IMG/VR virus record: IMGVR_UViG_3300042891_000381
Span: 1-25,003 of that record
DNA from: a virus
Lineage: Duplodnaviria; Caudoviricetes
DNA length: 25,003 bases
Direction: 5' to 3' (one strand)
A program made the translations under genes and the position numbers. Below, one piece after another: positions 1 to 10,500 of this stretch; position 1 is the first letter of the stretch, and each line of letters starts with the position of its first letter. The notes below the pieces were generated by a model. It had not been told where the DNA came from and did not search any database. It saw only the letters and a program-made list of their open reading frames with translations.

Positions 1-386
1 TAGACGTTAGAGTTTACAAAGACTTGGATCTAAATTTTAGAGCCCATCCAGTAACAAAGGATGTCGTCAAGCGCACAGGAAATGCAGCGATTATTGGCGC
101 ATTAAAGAATTTAATTCTAACCAATGTGGGCGAAAAACCATTCCAGCCTAATTTTGGTTCTAGAATTCGTAGTTTGTTGTTTGAAGATGTTTCGTTTATT
201 ACTGCAAGCATTATGCAGACCGAAATACAGAACACAATTAAGAATTTTGAACCTCGCGTCGGTATAGATGGTGTAAGAGTCCAAGCAAATCCAGAACAAA
301 ATCGTTATGATATTACTATCAGATTTTATATTAATAACCTTGAAGCACCAGTTACAATTAACTTTTTCTTAGAGAAGGTCCGTTAA
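1..386 (+). CDS. gp25: Baseplate wedge subunit gp25-like (5'-truncated)
   Basis: The frame is open from position 3 (DVRVYKDLDLNF...), so the true start lies upstream of the window, not at the TTG at 24. Motifs YKDLDLNF, LKNLILTNVGEKPFQPNFGS and IKNFEPRV are typical of gp25/GPW. The stop overlaps the next start (TAATG). Confidence 0.92.
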   Translation, partial: DVRVYKDLDLNFRAHPVTKDVVKRTGNAAIIGALKNLILTNVGEKPFQPNFGSRIRSLLFEDVSFITASIMQTEIQNTIKNFEPRVGIDGVRVQANPEQNRYDITIRFYINNLEAPVTINFFLEKVR

Positions 387-2488
387 TGGCTAATACAGAC
401 CAAAAACTAGTTGTTACAGAACTAGACTTTGCGCAGATTAAAACTAATCTAAAAAACTTCCTGCGCGATCAATCAGAATTTACTGACTTCGACTTTGAAG
501 CCTCAGGCATGAGTACGTTACTTGACGTTCTCGCGTACAACACGCATTACATGGCATATTATAACAATATGATTGCCAACGAGATGTTTCTGGACACTGC
601 CATTCTTCGCGATTCCGTAGTTTCCCATGCTAAGATGCTAGGTTACACTCCTGTTTCTTCTGTTGCTCCAAGAGCAACTGTCAACCTTCAAATTACCAGA
701 CCAACTGGCGACACAACAGCATCATTGACGTTACCACGTTTTACACGACTTCAGTCAACACCACTAAATGGTATCTCATATACCTTTGTGAATACAGAAG
801 CCAAAACTACAAATTACGATCCAACATGTAATCGTTTTTGTTTTGATAATCTGTACATCTACCAAGGTCAACCATTGACCTATACATTTACATATAATCC
901 AACAAACAATCCATCTGCTTCATTCGAACTTCCTGATGATGGGATTGATACAAATACAATGGAAGTGTTGGTACAAGAATCTTCAACAAGTATTAAAACT
1001 GAACGATATACATTGTCAACAGATGCTACGACAGTTTCTTCTAATGCTGCAGTATACTATCTAGACGAAACTCGTAACGGTAAATACAAAATTTATTTCG
1101 GTGATGGTGTATTAGGTAAATCTCTCACCAGCGGAAACATTGTTATCGTAAACTACATTCGCACTGACGGTGCCGCAGCGAACAAATCTAATGCGTTTTC
1201 TCTTGTTGATTCTGTTGGTGGATTTACAACTTCTATCATCTATCCAATTAAAGCAGCTTCTGGTGGCACTGCGCAAGAATCAATATCAAAAATTCGTTTC
1301 AGTGCGCCAAAGGCATATGTTTCTAATAACCGTGGTGTGACTAAAGAAGATTTAATTGCGTTGATCAATAAAAATTATCCATACTTTGAAGCAGTCAACG
1401 TTTGGGGTGGCGAAGAAAATGATCCGCCAATTTATGGAAGAGTATTCATTGCAGCGAAACCAACGCTTGGATTTGAGATAACAGAGTCTGAAAAATTAGA
1501 TGTTATTAATAATATCATTAAACCAGTTTCTGTAGTTACGATTATCCCTGAATTCGTAGACGTTGACTATAACTATTTGAATATTTTTGCTGAAGTATTT
1601 TATGATAAAACTAAAACAACTCGTTCTGCTGATTCAGTAAAATCTATCGTTAGAGATGCAATTATAAACTACAAAGATTCAGATCTAGATAATTTTAATG
1701 GTAGATTTAAGATCTCCAAACTGCTTCGAAATATAGATGACTCAGAATCTTCTATTCAGTATTCTGATGCAGTTACATTAATTGAGAAAAGATTTATTCC
1801 TCAAGTTGGTGCTGCAAGAAACTATACAATTGATTTCGGTACATCAATTTCGCGCGAAGATCCTTCGTATAGAATTTATTCAACACCAGCATTTAGACAA
1901 TATGACTCAGAAGGCGTTCTTCGTAAATGTTTTTTTGAAGAAACAGAAGGCACTTCTTCTGGTGTTGAGTCTATAGATATTGTTGCTGGAACTACTCAAT
2001 CATCGTATGAGATTACAACATCGATGATCAATAGTGGAACAGCGCCATTTATTACGATTAATGGTGACGGCGTTGGAGCAAATGCATATCCAGTAATTGT
2101 AAATGGAAAAATTAAACAAGTTATTGTGGATAAACCAGGTATAAACTATACAACAGCAACTGCTCTTTTGTACTATCAGGATAAGGTTGATACAACCGCA
2201 TCGTTTAGTGTAAATATTCAGGGTCGCTATGGTGTATTGCGTAGTTACTTCTTCGACAACAATAACATTAAAACAACACTAAATGCAGAAGCAGGAACGA
2301 TTGATTATTTGTTAGGTAAAATTGTGCTTAATCAGTTTGATCCAGTTTCTATCGAAGACCCACTAAAGATCTTTAGAATTGTGGCTAAACCAGAAACAAA
2401 TAACTTTGAATCTGCTCGTAGTCGCATTATTACTATTGATGACCAAGATATAAATGCAATCAACATAACAGTTAAATCAGTCGATTAA
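386..2488 (+). CDS. gp6: Baseplate wedge subunit gp6
   Basis: 700 aa with the T4 gp6-type N-terminus (LDFAQIKTNLKNFL...FTDFDFEASG...LLDVLAYNTHY...NEMFLDTA..RDSVVSHAKMLGY), plus IYFGDGVLGK, VWGGEENDPPIYGRVFI and a C-terminal GTIDY. Confidence 0.95.
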   Translation: MANTDQKLVVTELDFAQIKTNLKNFLRDQSEFTDFDFEASGMSTLLDVLAYNTHYMAYYNNMIANEMFLDTAILRDSVVSHAKMLGYTPVSSVAPRATVNLQITRPTGDTTASLTLPRFTRLQSTPLNGISYTFVNTEAKTTNYDPTCNRFCFDNLYIYQGQPLTYTFTYNPTNNPSASFELPDDGIDTNTMEVLVQESSTSIKTERYTLSTDATTVSSNAAVYYLDETRNGKYKIYFGDGVLGKSLTSGNIVIVNYIRTDGAAANKSNAFSLVDSVGGFTTSIIYPIKAASGGTAQESISKIRFSAPKAYVSNNRGVTKEDLIALINKNYPYFEAVNVWGGEENDPPIYGRVFIAAKPTLGFEITESEKLDVINNIIKPVSVVTIIPEFVDVDYNYLNIFAEVFYDKTKTTRSADSVKSIVRDAIINYKDSDLDNFNGRFKISKLLRNIDDSESSIQYSDAVTLIEKRFIPQVGAARNYTIDFGTSISREDPSYRIYSTPAFRQYDSEGVLRKCFFEETEGTSSGVESIDIVAGTTQSSYEITTSMINSGTAPFITINGDGVGANAYPVIVNGKIKQVIVDKPGINYTTATALLYYQDKVDTTASFSVNIQGRYGVLRSYFFDNNNIKTTLNAEAGTIDYLLGKIVLNQFDPVSIEDPLKIFRIVAKPETNNFESARSRIITIDDQDINAINITVKSVD

Positions 2489-5400
2489 TGTTTGCAAATA
2501 ATTACATATCAACGCTTGTTGAGAATCAATTACCAGGATTCGTCCTAGCAGATCACCCAAAATTTGTTACACTGATTAAAAAGTATTATGAATATCTAGA
2601 ACAAAATACTAAAGCAGTAAACGTAGGAAAACAATTATACGATTATATGGATATTGACGAGACTCGCGCAGACCTCGTTAAGTATTTTAAATCTAAAATT
2701 ATTCCAAATTTTCCTGAAGAAACTGAGTTTACAACAGAAAAATTACTAAAAGCAGCCAAGTATTTTTATTCTAAGAAAGGTACTGGCGAATCTTTTAAGT
2801 TTTTATTTCGTACATTGTATGGTCAAGATGTAGATCTTCATTTCCCTAAAGAAGATATCTTAAAAGCATCTGACGGTAAATGGAAACTACCACAAGCACT
2901 TCGTTTGGCATTTACAGATGCAAGTTCTTTGGTTCCTGGTGGCAATGTAAACGTATTTGCAGCAACTGCTAACACAATTACTGCTAATGGTTTTAACTTA
3001 ATCACTAAAGGTATAACTGCAAACTCATACATTCGTATTGGTGAAAATCGTCGTCTAGTGACATTTGTTAATACAGCTGGCGATTACATGAACGTTGAAA
3101 TCGCATTCGCAAATACAAAGTATGCTAATAACGATGTAATCCCTCAAACCTATGATTCTGTAAAACTCTACAAAGTTGAATTAAGCGAATACACCAACTT
3201 TAACATTAAACTTCTTGAAAAATGTTTAGGTGTAGGCGAAAACTCAAGAACAACTTGTGTGATTGAGAAAGCAGTGCTGACAGTAGACGGTGAAACAGGT
3301 CGAGAGTTCGTAGAAATATATGTGTCTAATGTAACTCGACTGTTTGATGCTGGCGAAAATCTTGTCGTAAACTACACCGATGAGAACGGCGATATTAAGC
3401 AATTTAAATCTAAGATCATATCTTTGATATCTAATTTAAGTTTGTTTAGAAACAGATTTGGCGTTGTACAAACTGGTAGAAAATACAAGAAAGGTGACCC
3501 AGTAGTTTTATTTGGTGGGTTAGCAGATTCACCAGATGCAACCAAAGCAGTTGCTGTTGTTAATAATGTTTCAACAGGTTCTATTGAATCCATCGAAGTT
3601 ACTAAACCTGGATACTTCTTTAGAGAAGATCCGAATTCGCTAGTTCGCATATTCTCAACATCAGGTATTGGTGCTAATGTCATCATTTTCGGTGTTAACG
3701 ATGTTGGTGCTAATGGTGCAGACATAGAGTTCAATACAGATGCTATTGTATATAAAAATGATATTCTATTAAACGCAACACAATATGACTTTGATAATGT
3801 TACAGCATATGCAAATTTAACTACTAATCCTGGTAATACAACAACAACGGTAAACCTAAACACTGCCACATATACAGCAAGCACTGTAAATGATTGGTAT
3901 AAGTCTTTCGTTTTGCAAATTGTTGGCGGAACAGGAGTAGCAGGTTCACCGAACTCAGCAGTTATTTCCGCATATAATGGTACAAGTAAAGTTGCAACTT
4001 TGGCTACAGCACTTGCCGTTGCTCCAGATGCTACGAGCAATGTAAAAATTTATGCAAATGCTCAAACCGAAATCGGTAGAGCCATGACGTTTGAAACAAT
4101 ACGATTGGGAAGAATCAGTGCATTAGATCTAAAAGATGGTGGGTCGTTCTTTGAAGAAGAACCAACCTTTGATGCTATTTCAGTATTTGAATCTGATTAT
4201 TCTCTTGACGAAGGATTTATTCGTATTCCTTCAAGTCAATTTTCTCAATATAATCCTGCAGCAACACCACCAACAATTCGTTTAAATTCATCTAATGCTT
4301 CATATAGTTTGGCTAATGGATTTTACACAGGATGTCGTCTATTCTTAGATGTCGGCGATACAGCACACTTCGCTGAAGTGGTAGATTATGTTGTAAATAA
4401 TCCAGGAAGTTCATCAAATACTAAAACATTATATCTTGACAGATTATTTGAGAATAATATAAATCAAACCAACATTCTAAATTTTGCATTATTCCTAGAT
4501 GTCCGCCCTAATGTGCGCGGTGCAGGTAAACTCGGAACAATTTTAATTCGAAATGGTGGAACTGGATATAACACCATAAACAATGTAATTGAATTTGTTG
4601 GAACTGGATATGGTGCTAATGCATATCACACCGTAAATGCAACTGGAACTATAGAAACCGTCACGTTAGATAATCGCGGTGAAGGATATTCAGCCAGACC
4701 AACAATATTAATTAGAGACATCAATACTGGTAATGCCTCTACTGGAACTGGCGCGGTGTTGGATGTTATTTTGTTGAGCGACGAAGAAGAATTTTCAGCT
4801 GAGACGTCAGACATCGGTCGTATTCAAGACTTTAAGATTATTAATCGTGGATTCGATTACGCTAACACGCCTACAACTTCTCTAAAGGTTGTAGATATCC
4901 TCACTGATAATCTTGCTGCAGGACAAATTATTTTGGGTGGCGATTCAGTTTGGCAGGGTGGTGCAACAAATGCTGATGCAACCTTCCGCGGAACTGTCGA
5001 CGAGATTTATCGTGCTGACTCAACGAATACCGTAATTCGCGTCTTCAATTATTCTGGTTCTATAGACACATCCTTGCCGATTAAAGTTGCAACAACCTCT
5101 AGCAACCTAACGCTACGATTGCCAACCAGCACTTCTGCAAATGCTACAATATCATTTAATGATGTAAATGATGCAGTGGAAAGAACTTACCCACACTTTT
5201 ATGGTAATGGTCTTGCTAAAGCCAATGCAGAATTCTTAAGAGGTCTTATTAAGTACAATGGATTCTATCTAAACACAGATGGATTCTTAAGTGCAGATAA
5301 AAAAATCCAAGACAACGATTACTACCACAATTTCTCATATGAAATCTCATCAGAACGGTCGTTAAACGATTACAGTGATACCTTGTACCGTGTGGCTCAT

Positions 5401-5955
5401 CCAGCTGGTATGCAGTTACTCTCCAAGTATCTTCTTAAAAACATTATAGATGGCGAAATCGTTATTGAATCTGATCTACACACAACAAATACTGCTCAAT
5501 CTACTAATGGTAATACAACCTACTCCAGCAATGTATTTTATGGTAATACTTCAGCATTTTTAACTCGAGCCAACGTGGGTGATCTTTTTGTAATAAATAC
5601 AACTGAAACTGCAGAGTTTAAGCGTTATACCAGAGTTATCACGAACGTTGTCAACGACAATACCTTATGGTTAGAAAGTCCGATTGGTGGGCTTGGCGAT
5701 GGTAGGTTAAGAATAACCAGCGGTAATCCAGACGTTGTTGTTTATGCCAATAGTTCTCCAATAGGCGAAAGTTTAGAAAATGGAGATAACATTAGTTTTA
5801 ACATTTCTGGAACAGTTTATGATCGATACGTTTCAGCTAACAGCGGCAATGTATTGACTTTAAATGCCTCAGTATCAGCTACAGGAAATGTCTTGTACCT
5901 CAAGAATCCAACATATAACGTTGTATCTTACACAATTATTAGAAATAACGGATAA
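2488..5955 (+). CDS. gp7: Baseplate wedge initiator gp7-like, with inserted beta-rich modules
   Basis: 1155 aa lying between gp6 and gp8. N-terminal VENQLPGFVLADHPKFVTLIKKYYEYLE and FYSKKGTGESFKFLFRTLY; late motif GFLSADKKIQDNDYYHNFSYEI...HPAGM. TAATG overlap with gp6. Confidence 0.8.
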   Translation: MFANNYISTLVENQLPGFVLADHPKFVTLIKKYYEYLEQNTKAVNVGKQLYDYMDIDETRADLVKYFKSKIIPNFPEETEFTTEKLLKAAKYFYSKKGTGESFKFLFRTLYGQDVDLHFPKEDILKASDGKWKLPQALRLAFTDASSLVPGGNVNVFAATANTITANGFNLITKGITANSYIRIGENRRLVTFVNTAGDYMNVEIAFANTKYANNDVIPQTYDSVKLYKVELSEYTNFNIKLLEKCLGVGENSRTTCVIEKAVLTVDGETGREFVEIYVSNVTRLFDAGENLVVNYTDENGDIKQFKSKIISLISNLSLFRNRFGVVQTGRKYKKGDPVVLFGGLADSPDATKAVAVVNNVSTGSIESIEVTKPGYFFREDPNSLVRIFSTSGIGANVIIFGVNDVGANGADIEFNTDAIVYKNDILLNATQYDFDNVTAYANLTTNPGNTTTTVNLNTATYTASTVNDWYKSFVLQIVGGTGVAGSPNSAVISAYNGTSKVATLATALAVAPDATSNVKIYANAQTEIGRAMTFETIRLGRISALDLKDGGSFFEEEPTFDAISVFESDYSLDEGFIRIPSSQFSQYNPAATPPTIRLNSSNASYSLANGFYTGCRLFLDVGDTAHFAEVVDYVVNNPGSSSNTKTLYLDRLFENNINQTNILNFALFLDVRPNVRGAGKLGTILIRNGGTGYNTINNVIEFVGTGYGANAYHTVNATGTIETVTLDNRGEGYSARPTILIRDINTGNASTGTGAVLDVILLSDEEEFSAETSDIGRIQDFKIINRGFDYANTPTTSLKVVDILTDNLAAGQIILGGDSVWQGGATNADATFRGTVDEIYRADSTNTVIRVFNYSGSIDTSLPIKVATTSSNLTLRLPTSTSANATISFNDVNDAVERTYPHFYGNGLAKANAEFLRGLIKYNGFYLNTDGFLSADKKIQDNDYYHNFSYEISSERSLNDYSDTLYRVAHPAGMQLLSKYLLKNIIDGEIVIESDLHTTNTAQSTNGNTTYSSNVFYGNTSAFLTRANVGDLFVINTTETAEFKRYTRVITNVVNDNTLWLESPIGGLGDGRLRITSGNPDVVVYANSSPIGESLENGDNISFNISGTVYDRYVSANSGNVLTLNASVSATGNVLYLKNPTYNVVSYTIIRNNG

Positions 5956-5958
5956 AAG

Positions 5959-7584
5959 ATGAAGTCATTAATTACCAAAGATTTTGGGATCACAAACGCT
6001 AAGAACTTCGAGAAGATGGTTTCCGTTCCCCTCGCAAATGTTTATGTTTGCATTGGACGGTCTTTGGCTTGGGCTAACACTTCGAACACAGCATTATTTG
6101 ATGACGTTGAAATTGCGGCGCCACACGATACAACTGAATATAAAAATGAATTGTTTAGAGATGGTCAACTGTTAAAAAGAATTACCAGCAACGATATTCA
6201 GCCAGTTATCCCTCGTGTAGACTGGTCTAACAACACAGTTTATGTTGCGTATGATCAAACAGCAAATCTATTCGTTAAAATTCTTGATACAAAAGTTGCT
6301 GGTGGTAATGTTAACGTATCATTAAGTTTAGCAAACACTGTAAATGCCAACGTTGTAAATCTCGCTTCTGCCACACCAGCATTGACTGCAGGTTCAATCA
6401 TTAAGATAGGTAACGAAACTAAAGAAGTTGTTTCAGTAAATGCCAAAGGCGACTTTTTGCGAGTTAACAGCGTCTTTACTTCAGCGTACACTTCTGCTAA
6501 CATATTTAAAGTAGACATTTCTGATACCCAATATTCTAATAAATTTTATGTAAGAAATTCTAAAGACCAAGTATTTAAATGTTTGTTCAATAATGCTGGT
6601 ATTGTTTCTAACACCGAACCACAAATTTCATTAGGTGGCGAATTGCCAGAAAATCCATACGTTGAAACTGCCGATGGATACAAATGGAAGTATATGTATA
6701 CAATCCCAACTGGATTAAAGAATAAGTTCTTCACCGATAAGTATATGCCAGTTCTTCGCGACATTATCGTATTCGATAACGCAGTCGATGGTCGTATCGA
6801 TATTATTAAGATTATTAATGGTGGATCTGGTTATTATGCAGGTAGTAGTGTTAACAATTACCCAGTAGTGGCGGTTACAGGCGATGGAACATTGGCAAAC
6901 GTCAGTGTTGACGTTGCGTCTGGTGTGATTGTGGATATTAATATTCTAGATGGCGGCAATAATTATACAACTGCAACCATTACGACCAACGACCCACTGC
7001 AACAAACAATAGGAACAGCTGCAAACCTTAAAGCAATTATCAGTTCACAATATGGTCATGGATATGATCCACAAAGAGAACTTGGTGGGTCAGATTTAAT
7101 GATTTCAGTAGATTTTGAGGGTGATGTCGATGGAAATCTACCAGTAGAAAATGATGGCACAGACCTAATCAGACAAATTTCTATTATTAAGGACGTTAAA
7201 TTTGCTAATGGTTTATTTGCAACTGCATCAGCCTATCCAATGTACACTCAAATTATTACATCCAACCCTCCAGTAGATTTTGGTCATAATGAAACTGTAT
7301 ATGTTGGAAGTAGTTTTGCGACTGCCACATTTAGTGCAAGGGTAGTGCATTTCGACAATGATACCAATATCTTATATGTAAACAACATCGTTGGCGACGT
7401 CACTGGCGCTGAAAACGAAACGATTTACCAAAAAGACGCTCCGTCAGTCTTTGCTAAAGTGTTTAATGTTATTGAACCAGATATAAATATTTTCTCTGGA
7501 GAAATTCTTTACATTGAAAACAGAGCAAAGATTACTCGTCACGAAAATCAAACAGAAACAACCAAACTTGTTGTAGAATTTTAA
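5959..7584 (+). CDS. gp8: Baseplate wedge subunit gp8
   Basis: 541 aa. Motifs VIPRVDW, FYVRNSKDQVFKCLFN, TADGYKWKYMYTI, GHGYDPQRELGG and the C-terminal SGEILYIENRAKITRHENQTETTKLVVEF are typical of cyanophage-type gp8. Confidence 0.9.
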   Translation: MKSLITKDFGITNAKNFEKMVSVPLANVYVCIGRSLAWANTSNTALFDDVEIAAPHDTTEYKNELFRDGQLLKRITSNDIQPVIPRVDWSNNTVYVAYDQTANLFVKILDTKVAGGNVNVSLSLANTVNANVVNLASATPALTAGSIIKIGNETKEVVSVNAKGDFLRVNSVFTSAYTSANIFKVDISDTQYSNKFYVRNSKDQVFKCLFNNAGIVSNTEPQISLGGELPENPYVETADGYKWKYMYTIPTGLKNKFFTDKYMPVLRDIIVFDNAVDGRIDIIKIINGGSGYYAGSSVNNYPVVAVTGDGTLANVSVDVASGVIVDINILDGGNNYTTATITTNDPLQQTIGTAANLKAIISSQYGHGYDPQRELGGSDLMISVDFEGDVDGNLPVENDGTDLIRQISIIKDVKFANGLFATASAYPMYTQIITSNPPVDFGHNETVYVGSSFATATFSARVVHFDNDTNILYVNNIVGDVTGAENETIYQKDAPSVFAKVFNVIEPDINIFSGEILYIENRAKITRHENQTETTKLVVEF

Positions 7585-7594
7585 GGTGTAATTT

Positions 7595-10500
7595 ATGGCA
7601 GATTTTAACGCATCACCGTATTGGGACGATTTCGAGGCAACGAATGGCGCATTAGAAAAGAACTATATGCGTATTTTGTTCCGTCCTGGATTCGCTGTTC
7701 AGGCTCGCGAATTGACTCAAATTCAGTCTATTCTACAGAACCAGATTAAGCAGTTCGGTGATCATATCTTTCAGGATGGCTCACCAGTTATTGGCGGTCA
7801 CCTAACGCTCGACACATCAATTAACTATGTTAAATTAAACCCACAATTTGCTGGAAACGATATTGACCTTGAAGACTTTTTTGGTCTTACCGTGTTCAAT
7901 TCAGGCGCACCTAAAACACGTGCAAAAGTAATTCAGACATATTCAACGACCGCCGACCGTACTTTGATGATTAAGTATCTTCGTGGTACTTCATTTACTT
8001 CTGGGCAAACTATCTCAACAGCTGGTGGCAATTCTGCAAACGTAACTACAACAGCACCAACAGGCACTGGTTCTGTTGTTTCTATCAATCAAGGTGTGTT
8101 TTATGTCGACGGTTACTTCGTAACAGTTGCACCACAAACAATTGTTCTTGAACCATATTCTAGCACACCAACCTACAGAGTTGGTCTAGAAATCGATGAG
8201 GAAATTGTCACTGAGTCAGTTGATAATGCTCTACTAGATCCAGCTCAGGAAGCCTTTAACTATCAGGCTCCTGGTGCTCATCGCTATCAGTTCTCGTTAG
8301 TCTTGGCTAAGAGAACATTAGATTCTGTTGACGATAGTCGTTTCTTTGAACTGTTGCGTGTTGAGAATGGTGTAATTACACGTCAAGTCAGTTATCCAAT
8401 TTACTCTGAACTTGAAAAAACATTTGCGCGTAGAACCTATGATGAATCTGGCAACTATGCTGTAAAACCTTTCCGTGTTAATATTACTGCAAACACGCCA
8501 ATAGGTCAATCAGAAAACACATCAACATTTATAATCAACGTAGAGCCAGGAAAAGCATACGTTAAAGGATTTGAGTTTGAAACAATTGGAACTCGCAAAA
8601 TTTCTGCTGACCGTGCAAGAAATTATAAGTCTAGTAAAGATTACAATCTTTCTGTGTATTATGGAAATAGAATACAGCTTGCCAATGTTCAAGGCAGCAC
8701 TACAAATGGTATTATATTCTCAGACAACCTAGACGAAGTTGACATTCACTGCGTTGCAAACAATCAAGTTGATTTGTCCAGCGGTGAGTCATCAAAGTAT
8801 TATGCAACTCGTATCGGTACTGCAAAATTAAGAAACCTTGATAGAACATCTAGTGCATCAATTTACTATGCATATCTAACAGATGTAAATTATAATCCAT
8901 TTATCTCAATGACAGGTGCTCAAAGCCCTAACGTCACATCAGTAAATCTTGGTTCACACTTCTCATCAACTAATGATGCTTATGTTGGTGGAACGGTCAC
9001 AATGATCGATCAGATTTCAGGTGAGTATGGTATTATCACAAATTACAACGGAACTACTAAAGTTGCTGTTCTAGATCGTCAGTTGTCACAAACTATTGTT
9101 GTGAATCAAAGATTCTCGCTCTCTATGCCAGTGAGCACATCAGAATCTATTATGGTAGCAAATACAACATCATTGACGTCAGCTAATTTACAAGCCAATG
9201 TTTCATCTACTAGCAAGGATATCTTAGGAAGTGCTTCTATTCAGGATACATCGTTTAATAGAATGGTATTTGAATTGCCAAACTATTATATCCGCTACAA
9301 TAGCGACCTAAGCGTTGATTTGTATAGAAAAAAAATTATTAAGAATCAAAGTTTCACAACGAATGGTGCTTTGACTCTTGCACTCACAGGCTCTGAAACA
9401 TACGATTTCGGTGTGAATGGAAGTGTTGTTTCTGATGCAGATCTAATTGAAAATATTATTGTTGTTCCTACAACTGGAACAACTCCAGGTAGAATCGTAG
9501 ACTTAACTGCTGGCGCAGCAAATGTAAAGCGCACAACAAGTCAGTCAATTGATATTTGTACAGATAGCGCGTCAGGAACAGATTTTACTGGTGACGTATA
9601 TGTTACAGTTAAAATTACAAATGCTAACGGTAGTTTCCGCCGCAATAAGACACTAGTTCAATCTAACTCAGCATTAACTGCTGGTGATACATTAAGCAGC
9701 TCCGATCCAGTGTTAGGGTATACTGATGTTGAATTGAACACATCAAATGGTATTGCTTGGTACACATCATCAAGTGTTATTGCTAGAGTGCCTGGCGAAA
9801 AACAATCATTGTTCGTTTCTGACGTTGTAAAGATTAAAAAGATTTATGATTCTGGCGACATAACTCAAATACCAAGTACAACAAATATGATTGACATCAC
9901 TGATCGCTATACATTTGATAGTGGTCAAACAGATAACTATTATGATCATGCTGCGATTATTTTAAAGCCAGGTGCATCAGCTCCAAAAGGTCAAACTGCA
10001 GTTCTATTTGACTATTATACGCATACAGGTACTGGTTATTTGTCTGCTAAATCATATGACAGCACAATTTACGACGAAGAAAAGATTCCTGTCTACAAGA
10101 GCATTTCTGGTAAAAACTATAATCTTCGCGATTGTATTGACCTTCGTCCATTCCGCGAACCAGGAACATCTGTTACACCATATTCAACAGCACCTGTCGA
10201 TGCTCGCGTAAATGTGGCTTCTGGTGGAACTCTAGTTCAATCTAACACAGCATTGTCTTCAAACATATTGACGCCACCTATTGTTACTGGATCTATAATT
10301 AAAATTGGTAACGATTATCGCACTGTTAATTCTGTTATTAATTTAACAGCTGTCACAGTCAGTTCTTCATTCAGCGCATCGTCTACGAATACTGCAATTA
10401 ATATGGTATTCCAAAATTATGATTTTAATGGGTCAATTATTCAGCGTCCAACAGATCCTATGGAACTGGACTATGACTATTATCTACCACGCATAGATAA

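Noticed and set aside
24-26. TTG start for gp25 (and TTG 19101 for the oxygenase)
   Set aside because: The gp25 frame continues upstream past the window edge through conserved-looking residues. The oxygenase has a better SD-ATG pair at 19113.
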